In this document: positions 51,514-60,943 of the stretch, in pieces
Numbering within the stretch: the stretch's first letter is position 1
Layout of the letters: every line of letters starts with the position of its first letter
Origin: an uncultured Thermoplasmata archaeon
Lineage (GTDB): Archaea > Thermoplasmatota > Thermoplasmata > Lutacidiplasmatales > UBA184
Reading direction: 5' to 3'
NCBI GenBank assembly: GCA_963749205.1
Contig: CAVVLW010000006.1
Coordinates: 129,176 to 193,175, forward strand
DNA: 64,000 nucleotides
The notes under the pieces: generated by a model
Told to the model about the DNA's origin: nothing
Seen by the model: only the letters and a program-made list of their open reading frames with translations
The model's database searches: none
Made by a program: the position numbers and the translations under genes

Positions 51514-53378
51514 GTGCCGAGAACCGTCGACCGCCTGGAGGGAATCGCCCTCGTCGGGATGGCGAGAGTCGGGGCGTTGGCGTTCTCGACGCCGGGTCTC
51601 GCGGAGAGCCAACCTCCGGCGGATGACGGCGCTGGACTGACCCTGCGCAGCCGCCCGTCGCCCGCCGGCACCCGGGAGCTCACGCTCGCGAACGGCACCG
51701 GGCAGCTCGACCTGCATTTCCCGATCCTTGCCCCCGAGGTCATGGGCGCCCCCGGGACTGGCCTCCCCGTCGGGGACGGCGCCGTTCTCGTCCACGCACC
51801 GCTCTCCCCCCCTCCCGAACTTCCGAGGTCGGCCCCCGTCCCGACCTAGTCGTCCTGGGCAACGCGCGCGCGCTGTGGGCGGACGGCCTTCCGTTCGTCC
51901 GGGCGCTCCGGGAGGTCCGCGAGGTGTACGGAGGGTCTCCCGTGCTCTGGGCACCGCGGGTAGCGCTGCCCCATCGCGTCCCCCTGCTCGCCTATCTCGG
52001 AGTCGACCTGGTCGACACCACCGAGGGCCTGTTCGCCGCAGCCCACGGGACGTACCTCGACCCCACGTTCGGACCGTTCGACGCCGCCATCGCCCGCACC
52101 GAAACGCTCTGCCCGTGCGCGGCGTGCGCCTCCGACCTCGAAGGCCCGCTCCCGGTCCACACCGTACACGCCTATCGACGCGCGATCGCCGAGACCCGCG
52201 CCGCGGCCCGCGCCGGCCGTCTCCGGGAGCTCGTCGAGTCACGACTCACCGCAGAGCCCGCGCTCGCCGAGATGCTCCGCTACGCCGACCGGGAGCTCGC
52301 AGCGTTGTTGGACGAGCGCACCCCCGTCATCGGGGAGGGGCTGCGAGGGTACGTGCTCCTCGAGTCGCAGCGTCGCCCCGAGATGGCCCGCTTCCGGCGC
52401 CGCCTCCTCGAGCGTTACCGCCCCCCACGCTCGAAGACCGTCTTGGTGCTCGTACCGTGCTCGAAGACCAAGCCGTATCGCCACTCCCGATCGCACCGGA
52501 GGTTCGCGACGGCGTGGGAGGGATTGCGTGCCGTCGAGCGGGTCCACGTCGTCTCGGTGAGCTCTCCGATCGGTCTCGTTCCCCGGGAGCTCGAGGACGT
52601 CCCGCCCGCGCGCCACTACGACATCCCGGTCACCGGGGATTGGGTCGACCCGGAACGGGACGCCGTCCTGGCCGGTCTGGGCCACCTGCTCGCCCACGGA
52701 GGCTACCGCTCCGTCGTGGTCCACCTCGACCCCGGGGAGTACACGTTCCTCCGTCCGGCGCTCGTGGGCGGACCGGCCTCGCGCTGGACGATCGAGGACG
52801 ACCGCACCACCTCCCCGGACGCGCTGCGCACGTTGCGTCTCGCCCTCGAAGAGGCGCTCGCCGGGGAGAATCCGGTCCCCGGAGGGCCCCTCGCGGTGGT
52901 GCGGGAGGAGCTGCGGGAGGTCGCGAGCATCCAGTTCGGTCGCTCGGCGGCGGACCGGCTCTTCGCTCCCCCGGTTCCGCTCGCCGGACGCCCCTGGTTC
53001 CAGCGGCTGACCGATGGGCGGGCGGACCTTGCGACCCTACGGGAGGAACGGGGACTGTTCCATCTCACGGTCGCGGGGGCGCGCCGGCTCGTGCCCGGGA
53101 CCCCCCTGTTCGTTGAGGTCGACCCGGCCCTATCGCTGGCCGGCGACCTCTTCACGCCCGGCGTGCGCGGGGCGGATGACGAGATCCGGGTGGGCGACAG
53201 CGTCGTGCTGCTGCGAGGCGGCGCGCTCGCCGGAGTGGGAGAAGCGACGCTCCCCGGCCCCTTGATGCGCGAGCTGGGCCACGGCCTCGCGGTCCGGGTT
53301 CGACATCGCTCGCACCCCCCGACCGACACTCCCATGACGGAGGAGGGACCTCTCCCCGACCCTGGGCCGGTGGTCTAG
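51514..53378 (+). CDS. arcS: Archaeosine synthase ArcS-like (TGT-like N-terminus, DUF5591 core, PUA-like C-terminus); one frame change
   Basis: The N-terminus is in ORF 51514..51849. After about 51845 it continues in the frame of ORF 51924..53378 (DLVVLGNARALW..LAYLGVDLVD, CPCAAC, VLVPCSKTKPY, SSPIGLVPRELE). The last 15 nt overlap tRNA-Val. Confidence 0.7.
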
Positions 53379-53436
53379 TGGTGATGACGCCGCGCTTACA
53401 ACGCGGATATCGACGGTTCGAATCCGTCCCGGCCCA
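53364..53436 (+). tRNA. tRNA-Val (anticodon TAC)
   Basis: Hand-folded 73-nt cloverleaf. Acceptor GGGCCGG/CCGGCCC plus A. D-arm GTCT/TGAC (one mismatch). Anticodon arm CCGCG-ctTACaa-CGCGG. T-arm GACGG-ttcgaat-CCGTC. Confidence 0.92.
53419..53436 (+). repeat. Proximal copy of the 18-nt direct repeat (tRNA-Val 3' end), candidate attL core
   Basis: cgaatccgtcccggccca is identical to 60939-60956. Confidence 0.85.
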
Positions 53437-53438
53437 TC

Positions 53439-53470
53439 GGTATTCGCACCGCCGGGGCGATGCGAATACC
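53439..53470. repeat. Palindromic module adjacent to the proximal core
   Basis: ggtattcgca / ccgccggggcga / tgcgaatacc form a 10-bp inverted repeat, similar in sequence to the module at 60919-60943. Confidence 0.7.
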
Positions 53471-53507
53471 CCTTCGATTTGAGTTCCGAACTCCGAGGTC
53501 AGGTTAT

Positions 53508-54044
53508 TCACGCAATCCGAACAGATAGCGTCAGCCGAATCCAACCCGGTCGAAGTCCGGGCGCTTCTTTTAGTGAAACTCCCCGCGTTCTTGCCATTTC
53601 GATCATCTCATGATACGTCTCGTTCGAGAGGAAATCTTGGAGCCACAAGCGACCACTTACGGCCTGAACCGGGTGGCCACGCGATATCTCGTCGTCCACT
53701 CCTTCGGTGTGCTGAATGGTCAGCGGAAGTCCCTGGCCTGACCAGAGCACTTGCCTGGCGCGACCGTTAGGGTACTCGAAGCGAATGCCTCTCTCATCGA
53801 CAGAAACATCGACGGCACCAGGAGACCACTTCCAGAGGCCCCCGATCGCCGATAACGCGGCGAAGAGGAGTGCGAAAGCTGTCACGAAGAGGGTAACTCT
53901 CGTCCAACCCGGACCCACAATCGCGCTGGCCGCGAAGTATGAGCATATCCCCCCGAACAAGACCGCCCCTCCAAGGGAGATCAGTCGTGTGAGCCGTATC
54001 AGTGCCTTGTAGCGTTGGACACCGTCCGCGGCAGTGAAACTCAC
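53508..54044 (-). CDS. Hypothetical two-TM membrane protein with a soluble C-terminal domain
   Basis: GTG 54044 lies 1 nt after the stop of the giant gene. The helices are LISLGGAVLFGGICSYFAASAIVG and VTLFVTAFALLFAALSAIGGLW. A roughly 100-aa domain follows (VDVSVDERGIRFEYPNG..). No family recognised. Confidence 0.5.
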   Translation of the reverse strand: MSFTAADGVQRYKALIRLTRLISLGGAVLFGGICSYFAASAIVGPGWTRVTLFVTAFALLFAALSAIGGLWKWSPGAVDVSVDERGIRFEYPNGRARQVLWSGQGLPLTIQHTEGVDDEISRGHPVQAVSGRLWLQDFLSNETYHEMIEMARTRGVSLKEAPGLRPGWIRLTLSVRIA

Positions 54045-54045
54045 T

Positions 54046-57000
54046 TCAGGTTCCCCCAGCCACTTCGGCAACGTCGACGACGAAGGCCCCAAAATCCCCG
54101 AGCAGAACGAGAGCATTCACCAGAGGTGGCAATCCATCCGGCGGACCAAATAGGTCTATGATCACGCTGTCCGCATCGAAGACCATAGAGAGGATGGATC
54201 CGAACAACGAACTTACGGCAGCCGCTGCCGCGCACGTAACGATAGCTATGATCCCTAAGGCAGCCCCAACTGTGTCCGACCACGGAGCGTTCGTCTTCTG
54301 AAGCCACGCGTTGAGGACGACACTCCCTGCAACGCTTGTTGTGCCGGCTCCGAGTAACGAGCCCAGAGCCTCGAAGTCGGTGCTGTCAGCTCCACTAAGC
54401 TTCATCTCGAAGGAAGATCCCCCTCCATCCCGAGCGTCGTCAGGACCGCCACTGGCCCCAGTCAGATTCCCGAGTTCGTACCCAACTGATGGTGATAGTG
54501 GGCTCATTTGCGAGAAATATTTCGAAACGTTGGACCCGCCGGCAAGTATAGAGCCTGCAAGAATGCCGCTAACTAGGGCTCCGATTATGAGCGAGAGAAC
54601 GAATGCCGAACCCAGCGACACTCCTTCTATGACTGTTACGACCACTTCTATGGCGACAGCCGCAGCCAGTGCCACCCAAAACAGTGGTTGGGCCACATCC
54701 GACCAGAACCGAGCCTCGTCCTTGGTTGCCGAGCTTTTCGCGATTGTATCATTGACGACTTGTTGGAAGTCGCTCGCCAGCCGGGACGTATAGGCCTCCG
54801 CGGCTGCGATAATCGGTCCGAACGCGATCTTGAGGGCCACCAGCGCAATTTGGGCAAGGTACGCTAGCAGTTGATCCAACGCACGTACGATGAGCTGCCC
54901 GACATGGACGATCGCGGCAGCGGTCCGGGCGAGGACCTGCGCCCCAATCGCCGCCGCTTCGTTTGCGATGCGGTTGAGGTACGTCGTAGCCGCGACCGCC
55001 ACGGAATAGACTTCCCCGACAATGGAGACGATTGCCCCCGTGATCGTCGTCACCACCGCAGAGAAAGCGTTCCAGAAATCGCCCCAAATCCCCCCGGCCG
55101 ATGGCGGCGCTTTATTGTGGGTCGGCGGCCCGTAGAGACCCTGGGAGATCACCGGGGCGTTAGCCAGCGCCGAGAGGACTGGAGCGTCGAGGCCCAGTGA
55201 CGCGACCTGGTTCGTCACGGTCTGGAAGGTGCCGTTCACCCCCGCTGTCGTGTTTGTGAGGAGTGCGGAGAGGAGCAGGTCGAAAGTGGCTGTCGATGTG
55301 ATGTTCAGGGTTACGATCGCCTCCAGGGACGGAGGCATTGGGACGCTAGAGTAAATCGACGGATTGCTGGCCAATCCGCCGGTGTTGTTTGCAAGTGTCG
55401 TCTGCACGACCATCGTGCGAACTTGAAGCGGGCTGGAGCTGGACACCCCAGTCTCCGCGGTGGTGAAATTCCCGGGTGGAGAAGCGATCGAACGGTTCTG
55501 CCAGTACGCCTCGAGGTCGAACATCAGACCGGAGGCAGATCCAAACGACTGCGTAAGGAGACTCCGCGCGGTGGAATCGCTGCTCAATATTGGGGGCGTA
55601 GGATGGGAACTGGGGTACGGGAAGTTCTTCCCTTCGAATACGGCCGTCGCGAACGGGGAGTTCAGGAACTGCTCCCGAGGGAATAGGAGATTGTTCAGTC
55701 CCGGCTGCAGCGAGATCGTGTAGCTGCCACCCCAAGGGTAGGGAATGGATACCGATGTCAACGAGGCCGACGCGTTGATGACGACGAGGTCGAACGACTG
55801 CTCGCCGGTATACCGTTCGAGACCCGGGGGAAGCCCGTTCACTGTCGAGTTGTCGTCCGGTAGCCAGAGATACGTCGGAGTCTTGCGGTCGAGAGGAACG
55901 GTCGAGAGGGCGAGAGCGAGGGTGCCGTTCGGATTCCCGGTGGTGTTGGACCAAGACTCGGAGACGAGCGCGCCATGAACCATGTCGTAGGTCACGTCAA
56001 CTTTCTTGAGAGTCCCATCGAACGGCACTGCGGTAAGGGTGGAGGAGCCAGATTCGTTGACGAGAACCTCGATCTGGACGGTCTCAAACTGAGAGGTCTG
56101 GCTGGACGGGAGGACGACCGTATAGCCGGTGAGTAAGGAGATGCCCCCGGAGAGGCCGACGGGGGCGCTATAGTTAGTGAGCTCCGGCGTTCCCGTCGCC
56201 GTGCTACCCGCGTAGAGCTGGAATTGGGCGGCGTACCCCTCCCCCGTCTTGAGATGCATTACGTAGAGATGGGAGACAGTGACCGAGAGACCGATGGGGG
56301 CAGACGGGTTGATTCGAGAGCCATCTGCAATACCGTCCTGCGGAGCCGAGGCGGCGAGAGGGTCCGCTCCCCAGGAGAGCTTGCCCCACACAGTCATGGT
56401 ACGGTATCCCTTCCAGGCCCCGGTCGTTGCGCGTAGCCAGCCGGCCGCCTTGACGCCGGTTAGGTTCACAAAGGTGGAGAGCGCGGCGGAAGACCAGAGC
56501 ACGGTAGCAGCCCATGGGGAGCCGTCCCCGCTGGCGATCCCGCCCGCTGGAGCCGGAGTCAGATTCGTCCGGTTCTGGTTGGCACTCGACGGGGCTCCGC
56601 TAGGGAATGGGACGTACGATGAGTTCTCGTACCAGTATTCGAAACCGGACTTGGGCAGCTTCGCGCTCGTCGCTAATCCCACGTTGAAGGTGAGATTCCA
56701 AGTGTCGAGCATGTGGCTGCCCGCCGTGTCGACGGTAGTCGGGTTCAGACCGAACTCCTTTTCGATGTAATCGCCGACGAGCCCGTTCGTTGAGTAGAGG
56801 GACGGATCGGCCGTGGCCCTTTGTTGGACGACCCCGCCGCTGACGTTCGTGAAAGTGACCGGCCAGCCGTTCAGTTTCTCCACATCGGTGAGGCCATCTC
56901 CAGAGCTATCTTGTAGGTAAATGAAGCTCAACGGAGCGCTCGAAAGCGAGAGGCTCTGACCATCCCAGGTGAAGTTCCAGATTTCCTGGACAGTGTAGGA

Positions 57001-58467
57001 CGCGTTCCCCGTCATCCCGGTCAGGTTTTCGAGGAACCCTCCCCAGCCGTACTGTATCGCGATGAGGGAAGGTATGGGAATTACGATGCTCGAACCGGTG
57101 CCGCTGGAGAGACCGTAGGTGATCGCACCGCCGGTATAGAGGTGCAATTGATCGTAGAGACTGATCGCCATCGGAGCGAAGATGCCCTCCCCTCCGCCGG
57201 TCTGAGTGATCGAATCGTACGGGTAGGCGATGGATTGCAGCGTGAATCCCTGCCCGAGCTCGGCGAGGGTAGTCTTACCGTTCGATACGCTGAAACAACT
57301 TCCGATAGATTCCGTGACGGTGGCATTGAGCTCGTAGAACGCCGCGCCGAAGAGGCCGTTCAGCCCCGCGGTGAAGGTGTAGGTCCCTGAACTGAAGGTT
57401 CGCGCGGCGACCACCGAGAAATTCAGGGTGGTTCCGATTTCGTAGTACTCGAGTATCCCTAAGCCTCCGGTATTCGAGGTCCAGGTGACGGTCCCTGTAT
57501 CGTTTTTCCCGGACGTGGTTACTATGTTGTTGATTTCGATGTTGTTCGCGATCGTCTCGAACGTGCACGCAGCCTGATACTGCTGAGCCTCGGAGGAGGT
57601 CTGCTGGTTTGCCGAGAGGGTCGGCTTGAGAGTGGAGTTCCAACCACCGGGGTAGCTCACAGTGCTAACCTCGGCGGTGAAGTTGATGTTCTTCAGCGAA
57701 CTGCTTGTGTAGTTTATCCCGGTGGAGAGCACGTAACCCGTTGCGGGTGAGGTTTTGGCGGTCACTGGGCTCGAAGGGTTCAGAGTTTCCGTGCCCTCGG
57801 CCAGCATTGAGTTCCGCCATGCGATCGAAAGCGATTTGTTGCCCGACTGGGTCGCGCTGAGCTGGGTCACAAGGGTGGTCACAAAGGTCGAGCCTCCCGA
57901 CATCGAAATCGAGGTCGGATACCCGCTCATGGGGCTCGTTTTTTGCATCTGGGAGACCAACGGGTCGCAACCGCCGCCGAACCCGTGGTAGTTGACCGTG
58001 TCGAATTCCATCGTGTAGGTGGCCGTCTGGACCGCTGTCCACGAAACCCGGGAATCGGCGGAAAGATTCTGCAGGTAGATATTCGGTATCCATGATGATG
58101 ACTTCAGGGTGACGGTCGACTGATTGTCGATGGTCACCGTGTTGTTGTACGACGTCGGCATGTCGTAATAGTTCGTGCGCGGCTCGTAGACGACCTCCCC
58201 GTTGCAGGTGATCTCCTGCGTGCCGAAGGTCGGTGGCGGGATGTACCACGTGTACACCCCCCAAAACGACAGCTCCGCGATCGTCGGGCTCAGCATCGTC
58301 GTATTCGACCAACCGTCACTAATGTTCCCGTCGAGCGGGGTCGAAGTGTAGACGGGGGCGGGAAACAGGCTCGACGACGGGAGACTGTTCAGGAGCGTTG
58401 CGTTCACCAGTGGGTTGGCGGCGGCGATCGCTTCGACCCCTTCTGCGGCAAGAAGCCAGTCGGACAC
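54046..58467 (-). CDS. Giant (1473 aa) sequon-rich surface protein with a polytopic C-terminal membrane region, unknown family
   Basis: The ORF is uninterrupted, with a GTG start 33 nt after the upstream stop. I count about 35 N-x-S/T sequons. DSSGDGLTDVEKLNGW and EKEFGLNPTTVDT resemble thrombospondin-type-3-like Ca-binding repeats. The last roughly 430 aa contain long hydrophobic helices (LFWVALAAAVAIEVVVTVIEGV, AFVLSLIIGALVSGILAGSILAG, AALGIIAIVTCAAAAAVSSLF). Confidence 0.75.
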   Translation of the reverse strand: MSDWLLAAEGVEAIAAANPLVNATLLNSLPSSSLFPAPVYTSTPLDGNISDGWSNTTMLSPTIAELSFWGVYTWYIPPPTFGTQEITCNGEVVYEPRTNYYDMPTSYNNTVTIDNQSTVTLKSSSWIPNIYLQNLSADSRVSWTAVQTATYTMEFDTVNYHGFGGGCDPLVSQMQKTSPMSGYPTSISMSGGSTFVTTLVTQLSATQSGNKSLSIAWRNSMLAEGTETLNPSSPVTAKTSPATGYVLSTGINYTSSSLKNINFTAEVSTVSYPGGWNSTLKPTLSANQQTSSEAQQYQAACTFETIANNIEINNIVTTSGKNDTGTVTWTSNTGGLGILEYYEIGTTLNFSVVAARTFSSGTYTFTAGLNGLFGAAFYELNATVTESIGSCFSVSNGKTTLAELGQGFTLQSIAYPYDSITQTGGGEGIFAPMAISLYDQLHLYTGGAITYGLSSGTGSSIVIPIPSLIAIQYGWGGFLENLTGMTGNASYTVQEIWNFTWDGQSLSLSSAPLSFIYLQDSSGDGLTDVEKLNGWPVTFTNVSGGVVQQRATADPSLYSTNGLVGDYIEKEFGLNPTTVDTAGSHMLDTWNLTFNVGLATSAKLPKSGFEYWYENSSYVPFPSGAPSSANQNRTNLTPAPAGGIASGDGSPWAATVLWSSAALSTFVNLTGVKAAGWLRATTGAWKGYRTMTVWGKLSWGADPLAASAPQDGIADGSRINPSAPIGLSVTVSHLYVMHLKTGEGYAAQFQLYAGSTATGTPELTNYSAPVGLSGGISLLTGYTVVLPSSQTSQFETVQIEVLVNESGSSTLTAVPFDGTLKKVDVTYDMVHGALVSESWSNTTGNPNGTLALALSTVPLDRKTPTYLWLPDDNSTVNGLPPGLERYTGEQSFDLVVINASASLTSVSIPYPWGGSYTISLQPGLNNLLFPREQFLNSPFATAVFEGKNFPYPSSHPTPPILSSDSTARSLLTQSFGSASGLMFDLEAYWQNRSIASPPGNFTTAETGVSSSSPLQVRTMVVQTTLANNTGGLASNPSIYSSVPMPPSLEAIVTLNITSTATFDLLLSALLTNTTAGVNGTFQTVTNQVASLGLDAPVLSALANAPVISQGLYGPPTHNKAPPSAGGIWGDFWNAFSAVVTTITGAIVSIVGEVYSVAVAATTYLNRIANEAAAIGAQVLARTAAAIVHVGQLIVRALDQLLAYLAQIALVALKIAFGPIIAAAEAYTSRLASDFQQVVNDTIAKSSATKDEARFWSDVAQPLFWVALAAAVAIEVVVTVIEGVSLGSAFVLSLIIGALVSGILAGSILAGGSNVSKYFSQMSPLSPSVGYELGNLTGASGGPDDARDGGGSSFEMKLSGADSTDFEALGSLLGAGTTSVAGSVVLNAWLQKTNAPWSDTVGAALGIIAIVTCAAAAAVSSLFGSILSMVFDADSVIIDLFGPPDGLPPLVNALVLLGDFGAFVVDVAEVAGGT

Positions 58468-58500
58468 GACGTCGAGATAGGTGACCGCCGAACCGAACCC

Positions 58501-60248
58501 CTAGGACGGCACCAGGACTCCGAACGGGCGTTCCTTACCGCCGGTGGTAACGGGGCCGGTGTTGACGGCCGAAGTTAGGGTCGCGCCACCCGCGATCGTG
58601 TACCGTTGGTTGGGGCTCTGGCCCGCCACCTGTTCGCCGATGTACGAGAGGGGGCTGATGCTCACATTCTGATACAACCCGGCCGTCACATTGCGCGTTG
58701 CGTCGAGGTAGGGGAGATTCATCGCTCTGCTCGCGTTGGCGGCGACTTCGCTCAGCATTCCGGCCACCCCGGCCGTGAAAGTGGACGCGCTGGTCGAGCC
58801 GACCAGGTTCGGACTGCTCACGTTCAGCACGCCCTGCTGCATCGCGGCAACGGCGTTGGCGACAGAGAGGAAAGCGCCAGTTTCCGAGAGGGCGTTTCCC
58901 CCCGGGCTCGCAGGCGTTGCCCAGGTCAAGAGTAAACGTTGGAACGAATCGACCGCCATCCCCACCAGTAGACGGTTCCCGACCTTCCAGGCCCCTGTTC
59001 CGCCAGGTAGAGGAGCAGGATCCTGGACGATACGTCCGTCCGGTGAGAAGACCGCGCTCTCGATCGTGGTGAGGTTGGTTCCGGCGGTCGCGAGCCAGGA
59101 AGCGTAGACGTAGCCGACTTGGGTTCCGAGCACTTCGGGGTCGATCATCGCCCCCGCGGTCAGAGGGAACAGCGACGGCCCTTCCCAAATGAGGCCGTCG
59201 TCCGAGGAGATGTATACCGCTCCGATTACCTGCCCCAACTGTAGCACCGTGGAGAGTACGAAGAGATTCCCTCCGACGACCGTGGCAGACACCTGGCCCA
59301 GGAATCCGCCGGGCGTGTTGAGAAAGGTGGATCCGATCGTGGCGAGGGCCGCGGAGACGTTCGTGTCGTTCAGGGGACCGATCTTCGTTGAGCCGAAGCT
59401 TCGACCATCGTTCCAGGACGAGTAAAACACTACTGTGTTCGATGGCGTTGAAGCGACTACTCCTTCCTCTGCCCCTGCCTGGGTCCTGAGGATCACAGGA
59501 TTTGCGTCGACAACCGCGCCAAGGGTAGTGCTGACGATGGTCCCACCCGGGATCGGGAATGTCGTGACGAGCAAGGTGCCCCCGCTCCCTATCGTGGTCG
59601 CGGCCACAAATCCGTAGGGGTCGAGAGCGAGACGGACGTCGGTGCCGGCGACACTTCCGAGGCTCGTCCAGGAAGCTCAGAGCGCTCGCGACGCTCGACA
59701 GGTAAAGATACGACGTCGACCCGCAGGTGATCCCCGCGACAACCGACGAACCGTCGGCGGCGACCACCAGTGCTGACGAGGAGCAGTTGCTCTTCGCCGA
59801 AAATCCCCCAATATTGTAAGGGGTCGACCAACTGAGGGGGAGCGTGGGGCTCGGCTGCCCGGGAGGTCCCGGAACGTCCTGCAGGATGTTCTGAGCGATG
59901 GAAGGGGCGAAGATCCCTTCGGAGACCTCGAAGCTCGTCGTGTAACTCAGCGGGTGTGAACTGACCACGGTAGACGCGTATACGAGAATGTAAAGCGGGT
60001 TGGTCCCGATGCCCTGTCGCTCCGAGCTGGGGAAGGTAGAGCGTCTGGTTGGAAGTGGCCGAAATGGCCGATTCCGGACTCGGGAAGAGGGAAGGAGAGA
60101 CCAGGTAAGGATAGTAAGGAGTTGAGGCGCCGGTGATCCCCGGTGGGTAGGTCGGCGGTCCAGGACCCGAGGCTCTTGCGATACCGAAAGCGGAAAAGAC
60201 CATGATGAGGACAGAGAAAATCGCTAGGATGGACGGACGAACGGGCAA
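58501..60248 (-). CDS. Secreted BNR/Asp-box (sialidase-like beta-propeller) repeat protein; two frame changes
   Basis: TTG 60248 gives a signal-like MPVRPSILAIFSVLIMVFSAFGIARA. The frame changes near 60030 (g-run 60029-60032) and near 59675. Asp-box-like SSWNDGRSFG and SSDDGLIWEG are in ORF 58501..59607. About ten sequons are present. Confidence 0.6.
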
Positions 60249-60918
60249 GCGAGCGCCTCGCCGCCAAGGGCGAGAGGCTCGTCCTCGAGAATAGGACGTC
60301 ACGCACCGGGTCCGGCCGGTGATTGCAGGGGGACCACAGGGCTCGAGAGTTGAACGCGTGAACTCCAGACTCTCGTAGGGATCGCGGTGCGCCGGGTTTG
60401 GCCTGAAGGCCACGGTGTCCTCGTCGACGGCCCGGCACCCGGCTCGAAGCCGGGGCGTCTTGGAGTGGGGCAATGAATCCGGCCTAATGAACCTGCTGTC
60501 GTGTACGAGAGATAGGGCGGTCTGCCTCACCGCTACGGACGCTTTCCCCGCTTTTTGGCCCGAACACCGAATGGAAGACGGCGCAGTCTCCCAAGCGCGC
60601 CTCTTCGACATGTCGTACGGAACTGTGCGGCGAATTAATTCGCCCGATACTGCCTACGGGTCGGCGATCGGTCTGTGAAAGGGCGCGGGCGATAATTCTG
60701 AGTTCTGAGGTTGCCCAACGGGATGTATTCGAACTACCAGTTGAATGCGGTTGTCGGGACTCGAACCCACCTGGCCTCAATCAAGCGACTCCCTCAGGAT
60801 GAGGATGGAATCGATCCGTCGTTGTCCGGGAGGGAGTTATCGATAGGTTGTGAACCAACTATAGCTCACATCTCGCCGGAATCAGTCCGGCCGAGTCGTA
60901 TCAATGCACGTCTGTGAT

Positions 60919-60943
60919 ATTCGTATCGCGGGGCGATACGAAT
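60919..60943. repeat. Perfect 11-bp palindromic module running into the distal core
   Basis: attcgtatcgc / ggg / gcgatacgaat. The 3' arm overlaps the start of the 18-nt core copy. Confidence 0.75.

Larger units (their letters stand above)
53437..60938. mobile_element. Candidate integrated element or genomic island at tRNA-Val (no recombinase recognised)
   Basis: It is flanked by the exact 18-nt tRNA-derived direct repeat. Spot G+C is 48-57% inside versus 68-83% outside. The cargo consists of three co-oriented envelope-type genes. Confidence 0.5.
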
